Shown here in pieces: positions 31,348-41,063 of a stretch of DNA of 64,000 bases. The position numbers and the translations under genes were made by a program. The DNA is from Thermoanaerobaculia bacterium (lineage in GTDB: Bacteria > Acidobacteriota > Thermoanaerobaculia > Multivoradales > Multivoraceae): assembly GCA_963666565.1 (NCBI GenBank), contig OY762911.1:1184001-1248000 (forward strand). Reading direction: 5' to 3'. Positions within the stretch are counted from its first letter, which is position 1, and every line of letters begins with the position of its first letter. The notes beneath the pieces were generated by a model, which was not told the DNA's origin, ran no database searches, and saw nothing but the letters and a program-made list of their open reading frames with translations.

Positions 31348-34300
31348 CAGGACAGGATCACATCCAGTTCGAGGGCGCCGTGCGGTTCAAGCTCGATCCG
31401 TTGCAGGAGTTGCCGGACGCCCTGGGAGTCGCGGAGGAGCGGCGTGAGATCCTCTTCGGAAACGAGCGAGACCTCGAGCGTGCCGTCGACGGTCCAGGCG
31501 CCCGCCGGACCCGGCGCGATCTCCGCGCCCTCGGCGAGCAGCAGGAAGAGCGGTCGCGGCGAGGCGCCCGCGGCGAGCCGGAAACGCCGCACCAGGTCGG
31601 CGCCGCCGGCGCCGGGCAGGGGCGTCGGCGTTTCCTCGATGACGACGTCTCCGAGGCGATAGCGGAGGGAGGGGCGCCCCAGATCGTCCAGGCGGTAGCC
31701 GAGGAAGCGGCCGCCGACGTTGCGGTCGTAGCGGCTCGTCGCCGGCCAGGGGCTGTCGACGTCGTCCAGATCGGCGAAGGCCGGACCCGCCGGCAGGTTG
31801 AGAACGTCCGTGCCGTACGGGCCGAAGAACTGCCCGGCTCTTCCCTGCCAGGTTCCCTTCGCGTCGAAGAAGGCGCCGCGCCAGACCTTCGCCAGGCGGA
31901 CCGCGTTGGCGTCGAAAGCGGCGTGGACGTTCTCCGGGTAGCCGATCGCGATCGCCCTGGGGCCGACGTCGATCATGTGCGTGCGGAAGACGAGCGGCCG
32001 CTCCTCCGGGATCAACACGAGTTCGGAACCGATGTCCGTGCCTTCCGGCGCCGGCATCGAGGCGCCGAGCGACAGGAAGCTCCAGAGCGCCTCGATCTGG
32101 CCTCCGGTCGTGCCGCCGCCGAGGTCCGGGAAGTTCGCCTCGCCCTCGGGCCAGTAGGCGGGCATCCTCGTTCCCGGCCGGATCGCGGCCGGATCGCGCA
32201 GGAACCGCTCGACCCACCCGGGCCGCAGCCGGTCGTAGGCGGTCGCCAGGTCGATCGTGGAGATCCCGGGCGCCGGGTTCACGTGGACATCGTGGCAGGT
32301 GACGCAGCCCATTCCGCCGGTGCCGATCAGCTCGCGGCCGTCGTTCGCGGCGGTGGCGGTGACGGCCGGTTCGTCGAGGTCGCCGGCGGAGGCGTCGACG
32401 GCTTCCAGCGCCGCCGCCAGCCGCTCGGCCGCGGCGGCGGGGATGCCGGGCATCCGGACCTCCATGAAGTCGCGCCGGACGTGGAGGCGGTCGCCGGCGA
32501 GGATCGAACGCAGCGCGCGGGGCTTCAGCTTGCCGCCGGCGCCGTCGAGCGGCGGCGGCAGCCGTCCCTCGTCGCCCAGGTCCTGGTTGCCGACGACCCG
32601 GAAGTAGGCGGCGCGGACGGCGTCCGGCCCGCCGACCTCGACGCCGCCGACCCGGCGCCGGTGACACGCGAAGCAGTTGAAGCTGGCCATCGCGTGGACG
32701 ATCTCAGCCTCCGGCGGGCGTTCGCCCGGGAGCGCGGAGCGCCCTGGCGGCGACGGCGGCCGTGCTGCGCTCCGCTCCGAAAGCGCCGCGAGCGCGGCCC
32801 GGAGTGCCCGCCTCTGGTGGCCGGCCAGCCGGTACCGCGGCGACGTGTCCGCCGCGTGCATGGCGGGTTGCGCAAGCGCCTTGTCCGGGTCGAGCGCGGC
32901 GAGCGCCGGCGCCTTCACGCGGGACACGGAGTAGGAGCGGCCGCGCTCCGGATCGACGCCGGGCGACACGTGGCAGGAGGAGCACCCGTAGCGGGCGAAC
33001 AGGGCGCTTCCGTCCTCCTCGTACCGTCGGCCGCCCGCCGCCGGTCCGCCCGCCGGCCGCAGGCGAACGCTCTCGTGGCTGGTCAGTTCGTGAAGCGGCA
33101 CGGGCGTCGGCAGGCCTCCTCCCGCGACGCTCACGTCGACGAACGGCCGCCCGGCGCCGCCGCGGATGGACCGGGTCACTTCGACCGGATGGTCGCCGGC
33201 CGCGAGGTCGAGCGTCGTCTCCGCCCGGCGCCGGCTGAACGGCGGTTTCGAGGCGACGGCTTCGGCGCCCACCCGGAGCGAGGCGGCCGCCCGGCGGTCG
33301 GAGGCGAGGGTGAACGTGTAGCGGCCGGCCGCGGGCAGGCTCAGCAGGCCGCTGAAGCGGTAGGCGTGGTCGCCGTTGCCCGTCGCGACCGGCAGATCGA
33401 GCGACAGGGTGCCGGTCCGGCCGACGGCGGCCGGACGCGGTTCGCCGGGGGCCGGCGCCGGGCGGTCGAAGAAGCCGGCCGCGTCGTCGTCTTCTTCCCG
33501 ATCGGGGAAGTACTCGAACTCGAAGCCGCGGCGGCGCTCGGCGACGAGCGGCGCCTGCCCGCGCAGCAGGTAGACGGCGATGTCCTCCGCCTCTTCGCGG
33601 GCCAGGTGGAGGGGCGGCATCCGGCCCGCCGGCCTCGCGGCGTGAGGGTCGAGCAGGAACTCGGCGAGCGCCGCGACGGACGTCTTGGCCTCCAGGTCGG
33701 GCAACGGGACGGACGGGATGGCCGGCGGGTCGCCGTCGCCATCGCCATCGCCTCCCGGCGAGTGGCAGGCCACGCAGCCGACCGAACGAAAGAGCCTCCG
33801 CCCCCGCTCGACGGTGGCCTGGAAACGGTGGACGGGGAAGTCTCCCAGGACTTCCCCGGCAACCGGCATGTCCGCCGTTCCGCCGCGCTGCCCGGGACTC
33901 TCGGAGTTCGCCCACCTCGACGCGCGGTGAGCGAGGTAGCCGACGAGCGTGCGCACTGCGTCTTCCCGGTCGTCCGGCTCGAGGGAGTGGAGAACTTCGG
34001 GCATCGCCGAGCCCGGTTTCCGCGCGTGGGGCGCCGTCAGGTAGTCCGTCAGCCACTGCCTGGTGGCGCGTACGGCGATCCGGTCCAGGTTCGGCGCGGT
34101 GCGCACGGGGATCCGCCGCACCATTGCCGGGGTCGGCTCGTGGCATGAGAGACAGTTCAGTTCGCCGAGCAGAAGCTCGCCCAGGGCGGCCTCGTCCGCG
34201 GCGCCGGCCAGGCGGAGGTGCTCGTAGCCGGGGACGACGGGCGCTGCCGGATTTGCGGCGCCGGTCTGCGCCTGCAGCGGCCCGGACGCCGCCGTCGCAA

Positions 34301-34355
34301 TCACGAGGAGGAGCGGCGCAGTTCGGAAGATCGCGCTGGAGCCGCGGCACTGCAT
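31344..34355 (-). CDS. Secreted multi-domain c-type cytochrome with PA14-like domain
   Basis: Five dispersed CxxCH (CLSCH, CVACH, CSSCH, CFACH, CVTCH); PG..MP motifs; RFSGLL..P.AGRYTFTLASD PA14 signature. Confidence 0.82.
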   Translation of the reverse strand: MQCRGSSAIFRTAPLLLVIATAASGPLQAQTGAANPAAPVVPGYEHLRLAGAADEAALGELLLGELNCLSCHEPTPAMVRRIPVRTAPNLDRIAVRATRQWLTDYLTAPHARKPGSAMPEVLHSLEPDDREDAVRTLVGYLAHRASRWANSESPGQRGGTADMPVAGEVLGDFPVHRFQATVERGRRLFRSVGCVACHSPGGDGDGDGDPPAIPSVPLPDLEAKTSVAALAEFLLDPHAARPAGRMPPLHLAREEAEDIAVYLLRGQAPLVAERRRGFEFEYFPDREEDDDAAGFFDRPAPAPGEPRPAAVGRTGTLSLDLPVATGNGDHAYRFSGLLSLPAAGRYTFTLASDRRAAASLRVGAEAVASKPPFSRRRAETTLDLAAGDHPVEVTRSIRGGAGRPFVDVSVAGGGLPTPVPLHELTSHESVRLRPAGGPAAGGRRYEEDGSALFARYGCSSCHVSPGVDPERGRSYSVSRVKAPALAALDPDKALAQPAMHAADTSPRYRLAGHQRRALRAALAALSERSAARPPSPPGRSALPGERPPEAEIVHAMASFNCFACHRRRVGGVEVGGPDAVRAAYFRVVGNQDLGDEGRLPPPLDGAGGKLKPRALRSILAGDRLHVRRDFMEVRMPGIPAAAAERLAAALEAVDASAGDLDEPAVTATAANDGRELIGTGGMGCVTCHDVHVNPAPGISTIDLATAYDRLRPGWVERFLRDPAAIRPGTRMPAYWPEGEANFPDLGGGTTGGQIEALWSFLSLGASMPAPEGTDIGSELVLIPEERPLVFRTHMIDVGPRAIAIGYPENVHAAFDANAVRLAKVWRGAFFDAKGTWQGRAGQFFGPYGTDVLNLPAGPAFADLDDVDSPWPATSRYDRNVGGRFLGYRLDDLGRPSLRYRLGDVVIEETPTPLPGAGGADLVRRFRLAAGASPRPLFLLLAEGAEIAPGPAGAWTVDGTLEVSLVSEEDLTPLLRDSQGVRQLLQRIELEPHGALELDVILSW

Positions 34356-34400
34356 TCAGTCGGTGCGAATCACACTACATGAGCCTCCGCCTTGGCGCGG

Positions 34401-34425
34401 GCGGGTCGGAAGACCCGCGCACCCA
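34401..34425 (-). repeat. REP copy D
   Basis: gcgggtcggaagacccgcgcaccca. Confidence 0.85.
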
Positions 34426-34495
34426 GAGATACGTCGATGACGGGGCGCTGCTCCATTCTGCAGGCCGTTCGCTTCGACGGCGTTAGGATCGATCC

Positions 34496-36322
34496 ATGAA
34501 CGGCTCGGCCCGAGCCTTGGGTGTGTGCGTTCGATCGATCGCGGCCGCCCTCCTGCCCGTGGCCCTTCTGGCTTGCGCCGCCGCTCCTGACGAGCCTCCC
34601 GCGTCTCCGGCGGAAGAGGCCATCCCTCACCCGGAGCTCGCGGAACTCGACCCGCCTCTCGCCCGTGAGATCGAGGCCCGGCGCGCGGAGCTCGAGGGTC
34701 TGCTCGCGGGAGACGTCAGCGCCGCCGAGAAGGCCCAGGCCCTCGGCGAACTGGGCCGGCTTTACCAGGCCCACCGCCTGCTGGAACCGGCGCTCGCGTG
34801 CTACCGGCAGGCGCACGCGCTGGATCCCGAGTCGTTCGCCTGGGCCTACTACCTCGGCGTTCAGGCGGCCGGCGCCGGCGACATCGAGACCGCCCGCCCG
34901 GCGTTCCGCCACGCCCTCGAGCTTCGAGCCGGCGACGCGCCGGCCCTTGTCCGGCTCGCCGACCTCGAGCTGGAACATGGCCGGATCGACGAGGCCGAGC
35001 TCCTCTACGTCCGGGCGGCCGCCGTGGACGACTCGGCCGCCGTGGCCTACGGGATGGGCCGGGTCGCCGAGGAGCGAGGCTCGTACGCGGAGGCCATCGG
35101 GCAGTTCCAGCGCGCGCTGGCGCTCCAGCCGCGCGCTGCCGTCGTCCACTACCACCTCGGTCAGGCCTACCGGGAGCTGGGCGAGTTCGACCGGGCCGAG
35201 GAAGCGCTGGCGCGGAGCGGACCGAACCGGGTCGCCATGGCCGACCCGCTGATGCACGAGTTGACGACGCTCGCCATCGGCGCCCTGCCCCACCTGGACC
35301 GGGGCCACGCCGCCGCCCGCGAGGGCCGCATGGCCGATGCGGAGACCGCCTACCGGCAGGCGGTGGCGGCCGACGCAACGAACGTGCGCGCGCACGAGAG
35401 TCTGGCGACGCTGCTGGCGCGCCGCGGCGACGCGGAGGGGGCGATCGAGCACTTCGGCGTCGCGGTCCGGCTGGCGCCGGAGAACGCGCGCGCGCACTCG
35501 GACCTCGGCGTGCTCCTGAGTGAACTGGGGCGCAACGGTCGGGCGCTGGAGCATCTCGGCCGGGCGGTCGAACTCGAGCCGGGGCTGGTGGGGGCGCTGG
35601 CGACGCTCGGCCACGTTCAGACTCGGATGGGCCGGCTCGACGAGGCGGAGGCAACCTACCGCCAGGTTCTGGAGAGCGATGCGGCGAACGCCGATGCCCG
35701 GCTCGGGCTCGGGGCCGTGCTGGCGCAGACCGGCGACTTCGAACAGGCCGTCGTTGAATTGCAGGCGGCCCTGCGGCAGGTCCCCGAAGATGGGCAGACG
35801 CCCCGCGTCCACTTTGGCCTGGCCGAGGCCCTGGTGCGCACCGGCCGGCTCGAGGACGCGCTGCCGCACTATGCTCGGGTTCGCGAAATCGACCCCACCC
35901 AGAGCCTCGCCTGGCTGCGCGAGTCGACCGTGCTGATGGGTCTGGGGCGTTTCGCGGAGGCCAAGGCGACGCTCGAGGCGCGCCTGCGAGTCGACTCGAC
36001 GGACGGCCGGGCCGCCCACTCCCTGGCGAGACTGCTCGCCGGCGCGCCGGACCCGGCTCTCCGCGACGGTCCGCGGGCCATGACCATCGCCGGCGCCCTC
36101 CTCCAGGCCGACGACGCCGCGCCGAACGCCGAGACCGCCGCGATGGCGTTGGCCGAGGTGGGTCGCTTCGAGGAGGCGGTCAGCGTCCAGCGCACCCTCG
36201 TCGAGGAGGCGCGCCGGCAAGGTCGCACCGGCGAAGAGCGACGGCTCGCCCGCAACCTGGAGCGCTACGAACGTGGCGAGGCCTGCTGCGCCCGAGCGGC
36301 GGACGCGTTTCCGCCCTATTGA
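34496..36322 (+). CDS. TPR-repeat lipoprotein
   Basis: Lipobox LLAC; many TPRs; terminal LARLLA.APD..LRDG.RA motif. Confidence 0.88.
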   Translation: MNGSARALGVCVRSIAAALLPVALLACAAAPDEPPASPAEEAIPHPELAELDPPLAREIEARRAELEGLLAGDVSAAEKAQALGELGRLYQAHRLLEPALACYRQAHALDPESFAWAYYLGVQAAGAGDIETARPAFRHALELRAGDAPALVRLADLELEHGRIDEAELLYVRAAAVDDSAAVAYGMGRVAEERGSYAEAIGQFQRALALQPRAAVVHYHLGQAYRELGEFDRAEEALARSGPNRVAMADPLMHELTTLAIGALPHLDRGHAAAREGRMADAETAYRQAVAADATNVRAHESLATLLARRGDAEGAIEHFGVAVRLAPENARAHSDLGVLLSELGRNGRALEHLGRAVELEPGLVGALATLGHVQTRMGRLDEAEATYRQVLESDAANADARLGLGAVLAQTGDFEQAVVELQAALRQVPEDGQTPRVHFGLAEALVRTGRLEDALPHYARVREIDPTQSLAWLRESTVLMGLGRFAEAKATLEARLRVDSTDGRAAHSLARLLAGAPDPALRDGPRAMTIAGALLQADDAAPNAETAAMALAEVGRFEEAVSVQRTLVEEARRQGRTGEERRLARNLERYERGEACCARAADAFPPY

Positions 36323-38229
36323 TCTCCTTCGCCCTGGACCAGGGTCCGGTACTCCCCGGGCCGCACATCGGTCCAACGTTCCGCCGCGCCGTCGGGCCAG
36401 CGGACCTCGACTCGGGTGACGGCGGCGTTCGCGCCGTCGCCGAGGCCGACCAGCACCCGCGGGTCGCGGGCGGAGGCGTAGCTGCCGTCGGTGTGGACGT
36501 GGCGCCAGATGGGCGGCGCGCCGTCCCGGTGGATCGTGACCTGCGCGCCCAGGGCGTCGCGGTCGTGGGCCACGAGTCGCAGGCCCAGCCAGGGGCGGTC
36601 CTGGCCGACCTCGTTCCGCAGCAGGCGGGCCGGCCCGTTGCTGTTGACGACGACGGCGTCCAGGTCGCCGTCGTTGTCGACGTCGCCGAAGGCGGCGGCG
36701 CGGCTGACCTCGGACGACTCGAAGATCGCGCCGGCCTCGGCCGTGACCTCCGCGAAGGCGCCGTTGCCGAGGTTGCGGAAGAGCTGGTTCGTCTGCCGCA
36801 GCGGGTACGGATCGCCGGTGCGGATCAGCGCGTCGATGCCGATGACGGCGCCGTTGACGACGAGCACGTCGAGCCGGGAATCGTTGTCGTAGTCGATCCA
36901 GCCGATGCCGAAGGCGGTGAACGGCAGGCTCGGCGGTCCCAGTTGCGTCGATACCGACTCGTCCCGGAACAGACCGGCGCCGCCGTTGACGTAGAGGGTG
37001 TTCGTCTCCTGCTCCAGGTGGCTGAGGACGATGTCGGGTTGGCCGTCGCCGTCGAAGTCGCCGGCGTCGACGCCCATGCCGGCCTCGGGCTGGCCCTCGC
37101 GGTTGACGGCGACTCCAGCCAGCAGGGCGTTGTCGGCGAAGGTGCCGTCGCCCCGGTTGATCCAGAGCCGGTTCCACATCAGGTCGTTCGCCACGTAGAG
37201 GTCGATCCAGCGGTCGCCGTTGAAATCGGCGGCAACGGCGCCGAGGCCGGAACCGGGTTCGGCGCCGATTCCCGACGATGACGACACGTCCTCGAAGGTC
37301 CCGTCGCTCCGGTTGCGGAACAGGCTGTCGGTCGCCGGCCGGTAGGCGCCGGGGGCGCAGTAGGTCAACACCCCGCTCGGCAGCGGGCACGGGGAGTGGT
37401 CCGCCGGCGAGTAGTCGACGTAGTTGCCGACGTAGAGGTCCAGCCAGCCGTCGCGGTCGAAGTCGAAGAACGTAGCGGCGACGGACCAGCGGGGATCGTC
37501 CGCACCCGAGGCGGCGGTGACATCGTCGAAGGTGCCGTCGCCGCGGTTTCGCAGCAACTGGTTGGCGCCGAAGTTCGTGACGTACAGGTCCGTCCAGCCA
37601 TCGTTGTCGAAGTCGCCGGTCGCGACGCCCATGCCGTAGCCGTCGGCTTCGATCCGGCTTTCGCCGGTGACGTCGGTGAAACGAAGCGCGGCGCCGGCGG
37701 CGCCGCCAGCTCCTGGTTTCGGCAGGTCGTTGCGGTAGAGGCGGTCGGTGAGCGGCGTGCCGGGAGGCGGCGGGAAGAGGGTGTCGCCGGGGGACAGGCC
37801 GGGGTTCGGCGTTCCGCCCTGGGCGAGGTACAGGTCGAGGTCGCCGTCGTTGTCGAAGTCGAACAGTGCGGCGCCGCCGCCCATGATCTCGTTGAAGTAG
37901 TGCTCGCCGGACATGCCGTTGAAGTAGGCGAAATCGAGACCAGCTGCGGGGGCGGCGTCGATGAAGATGGGGCGTTCGGTGGTGGAGGTGGGGTCGGGGG
38001 CTGGAGAGCAGGCGATGAGGAGGAGAATGAGGGCGAGGGGATAGCGCGGGCTCGCCGCTGCGCGGCATCGCGCCTGATGCGGGTCAGAAGACCCGCGCAC
38101 CCAGTGGTACGGGCTCGCCGCTTCGCGGCATCGAGACCGGGTGCGCGGGTCTTCCGACCCGCTGCCGCCGGAGGCGGCCAGGAAGACGCGCCGGCCGCCA
38201 GGTCGGCGCCACTCCGGCGAAACGCTCAA
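36316..38229 (-). CDS. CRTAC1-family FG-GAP / ASPIC-UnbV lipoprotein (start uncertain)
   Basis: DFDNDG repeats; GSYASARDPRVLVGLG, VRWPDG; TTG overlapping the sulfatase TGA; two REPs read in frame before lipobox LIAC. Confidence 0.85.
   Translation of the reverse strand: MSVSPEWRRPGGRRVFLAASGGSGSEDPRTRSRCREAASPYHWVRGSSDPHQARCRAAASPRYPLALILLLIACSPAPDPTSTTERPIFIDAAPAAGLDFAYFNGMSGEHYFNEIMGGGAALFDFDNDGDLDLYLAQGGTPNPGLSPGDTLFPPPPGTPLTDRLYRNDLPKPGAGGAAGAALRFTDVTGESRIEADGYGMGVATGDFDNDGWTDLYVTNFGANQLLRNRGDGTFDDVTAASGADDPRWSVAATFFDFDRDGWLDLYVGNYVDYSPADHSPCPLPSGVLTYCAPGAYRPATDSLFRNRSDGTFEDVSSSSGIGAEPGSGLGAVAADFNGDRWIDLYVANDLMWNRLWINRGDGTFADNALLAGVAVNREGQPEAGMGVDAGDFDGDGQPDIVLSHLEQETNTLYVNGGAGLFRDESVSTQLGPPSLPFTAFGIGWIDYDNDSRLDVLVVNGAVIGIDALIRTGDPYPLRQTNQLFRNLGNGAFAEVTAEAGAIFESSEVSRAAAFGDVDNDGDLDAVVVNSNGPARLLRNEVGQDRPWLGLRLVAHDRDALGAQVTIHRDGAPPIWRHVHTDGSYASARDPRVLVGLGDGANAAVTRVEVRWPDGAAERWTDVRPGEYRTLVQGEGDQ
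38079..38197. repeat. Inverted REP pair (copies E and F)
   Basis: gcgggtcagaagacccgcgcacccag (38079-38104) and gggtgcgcgggtcttccgacccgc... (38139-38197). Confidence 0.85.
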
Positions 38230-40655
38230 CCGCTGCGTTCCAGCGCCCGCGCCGCCGCGAGTTCGCGCCGCGCCTCTTCCGGCAGGCCGAGCCTCGTGAA
38301 GATGTCGGCGAGCAGGTAGTGGCCCATCGGCGCCATGTCCGAGCCCGGGTCGAGTTGGAGGCCGGTGCGGGCCAGTTCGATCGCGCGGTCCAGTTGTTCG
38401 TTGCCGTCGACCAGGGACTTGGCCAGGAAGAAGTGGCCGACGGCGAACTCCGGGTTGATCTCGATCGATTGCTCCAGGGCCTGGGTTGCCCCGTAGCGGT
38501 CCCCCAGGCTGTCGAGCAGCCGGCCGAGGTTGAACTGGACCCGGTAGCTCTGCGGGTGGACGTCGAGTTCGCGGCGGTAGAAGTCCACCGCGGCGCGGGG
38601 GTCGCCGCGCTCCTCGGCGAGCAGGGCGAGGTTGAAGTGGGCCAGGCGAACGTCCTCCTGAACGGTCAGGGCCTCCTCGAAGAGCCGCTCCGCGTTGACC
38701 GGATCGGACCGGAGGAGCGCCACGGCGCCTTGGCTGACCACCGCGGCGCCCATCTCCGGTGACAGATCGGCTGCCTCCCTGAGGTGCTCCTCGGCGCCCT
38801 CCAGGTCGCCGAAGTCCACGAGCATGCGCGCCAGTTCGTAGTGGATGATCGCGTTGCGTGGATCGAGCCGCAGGAACTCCCGGTAGCCGAGGATCGCCTC
38901 TTCCTCGGCCCCGGCCCGCCGGTAGGCGTTGGCGAGGTTGATCACGGCGTGGGCGTAGTCGGGCTTCAGTTCGATGGCTCTCCGGTAGCTCTCGATCGCG
39001 GCGCCGGTGTCGTCGCCGCGCACCTGTTCGTCGCCGAGCCGGACCCAGGCGTCGATCACCGACGGGTCCTCGATCAGCACCCGTTCCAGGGCTTCGACGG
39101 CCGCCGGCCGGTTCCCCTTGAGCGAAGCCTCGCGGGCGTCGCGCATCAGGTTGTAGAGATGGATCCGGTCCTTCGGGTCGGCGAGCAGGGCCCGGTCCAC
39201 GCTCTCGTCGGTACTGCCGCCGAAACGGGCCAGATAGCCGAGGGCGGCGAGACGCGCCCGGGTTTCCGGGTCGATCTCCTCGATCGCCGCCGGCCGCGCC
39301 ACGTCGGCCCATCGCGACTCGAGGGACTGGAGCATCGAGGCCATCCGGTCCGCCTCGTCGGGCCGCGCGGCGAACAGGTTGTTCCGCTCGTCCGGGTCGA
39401 CCGCCAGGTCGTACAACTCGGGCCGGGGCGCGGCGACGTACTTCATGTTCTCGACCCGCAGCGCGGCGAGGTCGCTCCAGCCGAAGTGATAGCGCGGATA
39501 GACGGCTTCCGCGTAGGCCGGGAGGCGCGGCCCGGACGCGCCGGTCAGGAGCCGGACGATGCTTGCGCCTTCGAAGGAGGAATCCCGCTCCGCCTGGCCC
39601 GCGTCGACCGCCAGCAGGTCGAGGACGGTCGGGGAGACGTCGACCGCCCTGACCACGTCGCCGATCCGGCGGCCCCGCATCGTGTCGTAGGGCGCGCGGA
39701 GGATGAAGGGAACCCGCGTCGCCCCCTCGTAGATGAAGAAGCCGTGGCCGGATTCGCCGTGCTCGCCGAGACTCTCGCCGTGGTCTCCGATCACGATGAC
39801 GACGGTGTCGTCGGCGCGCCCGTTCCGGTCGAGCCAGTCCAGCAACCGTCCGACCTGCGAGTCGACGTAGGCGATCTCGCCGACGTACGGACGGTTCCGG
39901 TAGCGCTCGGCGAACGGTTCCGGCGGTTCGTAGGGCGAGTGCGGATCGTAGAAGTGGACCCAGGTAAAGAAGCGCGCGTCCGGGGCCTCGTCGAGCCACG
40001 TCAACGCGGCGTCCGTGACCTCGCCCGCCGGCCGTTCGATCTCGTTCAGCGCCAGCCGCACGGTGTCGCTCAGTTCGAAGTCGTCGAAGTAACGGTCGAA
40101 GCCCTGGGCGATCCCCCACTTCGCGTCGAGCACGAACGCCCCGACGAAGCCGCCGGTGCGCAGACCCTCGTCCCGCAGGATCTCGGCCAGGACGACGTGC
40201 TCGTCGCCCAGGTAGAAAGCGCCGTTGTCCCTGACCCCGTGAGCCGGCGGGAACTGCCCGGTGAAGATCGACGCGTGCGCCGGCAAGGTCAGCGGCGCCA
40301 CCGCCTCCGCCTGCTCGAACAGCACCCCCTCCGCCGCCAGCCGGTCCATGTGCGGCGTCTCGATATCAGCGAACCCGTAGGCCCCGATCCGATCCGCCCG
40401 GGTCGTGTCCAGCGTGATGAGCAGAAGACTCAGGTCACCGGGCCCGACCCCGCCCGGAAGCCGACCCAGCACATGCCCCGACGGCGCCGTGACTTCTCCG
40501 CCGGAGGACAGTAGCCGGACCGCCACACCGACCACCGCAACGCCGGCAACGGCCAAGGCCACAGCAAGCCCGATCCACCGACCCAGCTTTGCTCGTTTCG
40601 CTCGGCCAGCGGTCAACTCGCTGGTTTCATCCCGGCGGGGTCGTGCGCTGCCCAT
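38226..40655 (-). CDS. Sulfatase-like hydrolase with C-terminal TPRs
   Basis: LITLDTTRAD, LTLPAHAS, HFYDPH, GDHGE, ELYDL..DP.E; TPR tail. Confidence 0.9.
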   Translation of the reverse strand: MGSARPRRDETSELTAGRAKRAKLGRWIGLAVALAVAGVAVVGVAVRLLSSGGEVTAPSGHVLGRLPGGVGPGDLSLLLITLDTTRADRIGAYGFADIETPHMDRLAAEGVLFEQAEAVAPLTLPAHASIFTGQFPPAHGVRDNGAFYLGDEHVVLAEILRDEGLRTGGFVGAFVLDAKWGIAQGFDRYFDDFELSDTVRLALNEIERPAGEVTDAALTWLDEAPDARFFTWVHFYDPHSPYEPPEPFAERYRNRPYVGEIAYVDSQVGRLLDWLDRNGRADDTVVIVIGDHGESLGEHGESGHGFFIYEGATRVPFILRAPYDTMRGRRIGDVVRAVDVSPTVLDLLAVDAGQAERDSSFEGASIVRLLTGASGPRLPAYAEAVYPRYHFGWSDLAALRVENMKYVAAPRPELYDLAVDPDERNNLFAARPDEADRMASMLQSLESRWADVARPAAIEEIDPETRARLAALGYLARFGGSTDESVDRALLADPKDRIHLYNLMRDAREASLKGNRPAAVEALERVLIEDPSVIDAWVRLGDEQVRGDDTGAAIESYRRAIELKPDYAHAVINLANAYRRAGAEEEAILGYREFLRLDPRNAIIHYELARMLVDFGDLEGAEEHLREAADLSPEMGAAVVSQGAVALLRSDPVNAERLFEEALTVQEDVRLAHFNLALLAEERGDPRAAVDFYRRELDVHPQSYRVQFNLGRLLDSLGDRYGATQALEQSIEINPEFAVGHFFLAKSLVDGNEQLDRAIELARTGLQLDPGSDMAPMGHYLLADIFTRLGLPEEARRELAAARALERSG

Positions 40656-40719
40656 GGCGGAGTACGAAGGCTAGCAGCCAGGTTGAGTCGGCGCTCCGTT
40701 CCGGGTGGTCGCCGGCCTT

Positions 40720-40777
40720 CGGCCAGCGGCGTTACTTGGCCGCCTTCGGCGGCAGCGGGTCAGAAGACCCGCGCACC
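40720..40777 (-). repeat. REP copy G
   Basis: ggccgccttcggcggcagcgggtcagaagacccgcgcacc. Confidence 0.85.
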
Positions 40778-40840
40778 GACACCCGGAAGAGCCCGGCGCA
40801 CCGACACGCGGTAGCAGGCGTCGTTCGGATGACTGGAGGA

Positions 40841-41039
40841 CGTCCAGCCCACCGAGGGCCTGTGGAGAGGGTCCCAGCGGGCTGGAGGCAAGTGACGCCC
40901 ACCGTCCTCCCATCAACCAACGCCGATGTGAAACGCAGCCGACCGAAGCGAGCGCCGACGTTCCCTCTACTCAGAGAGCGCGAGCGTCCGCTGGGACCCT
41001 CTCCACAGGCCCTCGGCGGGCGGGTGCAACCTCCGTCGC
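40841..41039 (-). other. Structured element, copy 1: 29-bp perfect inverted repeat around a 107-bp core
   Basis: Arms 40852-40880 and 40988-41016; core and flanks homologous to 53316-53515. Confidence 0.75.
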
Positions 41040-41063
41040 ACCCGCCGTGCCGCTACGAGCCGC

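Noticed and set aside
36316-40119. 1267-aa ORF as one protein (likewise 5344..7998, 47823..50048, 48890..51565)
   Set aside because: The 5' parts overlap the upstream real gene in another frame; true starts are downstream.
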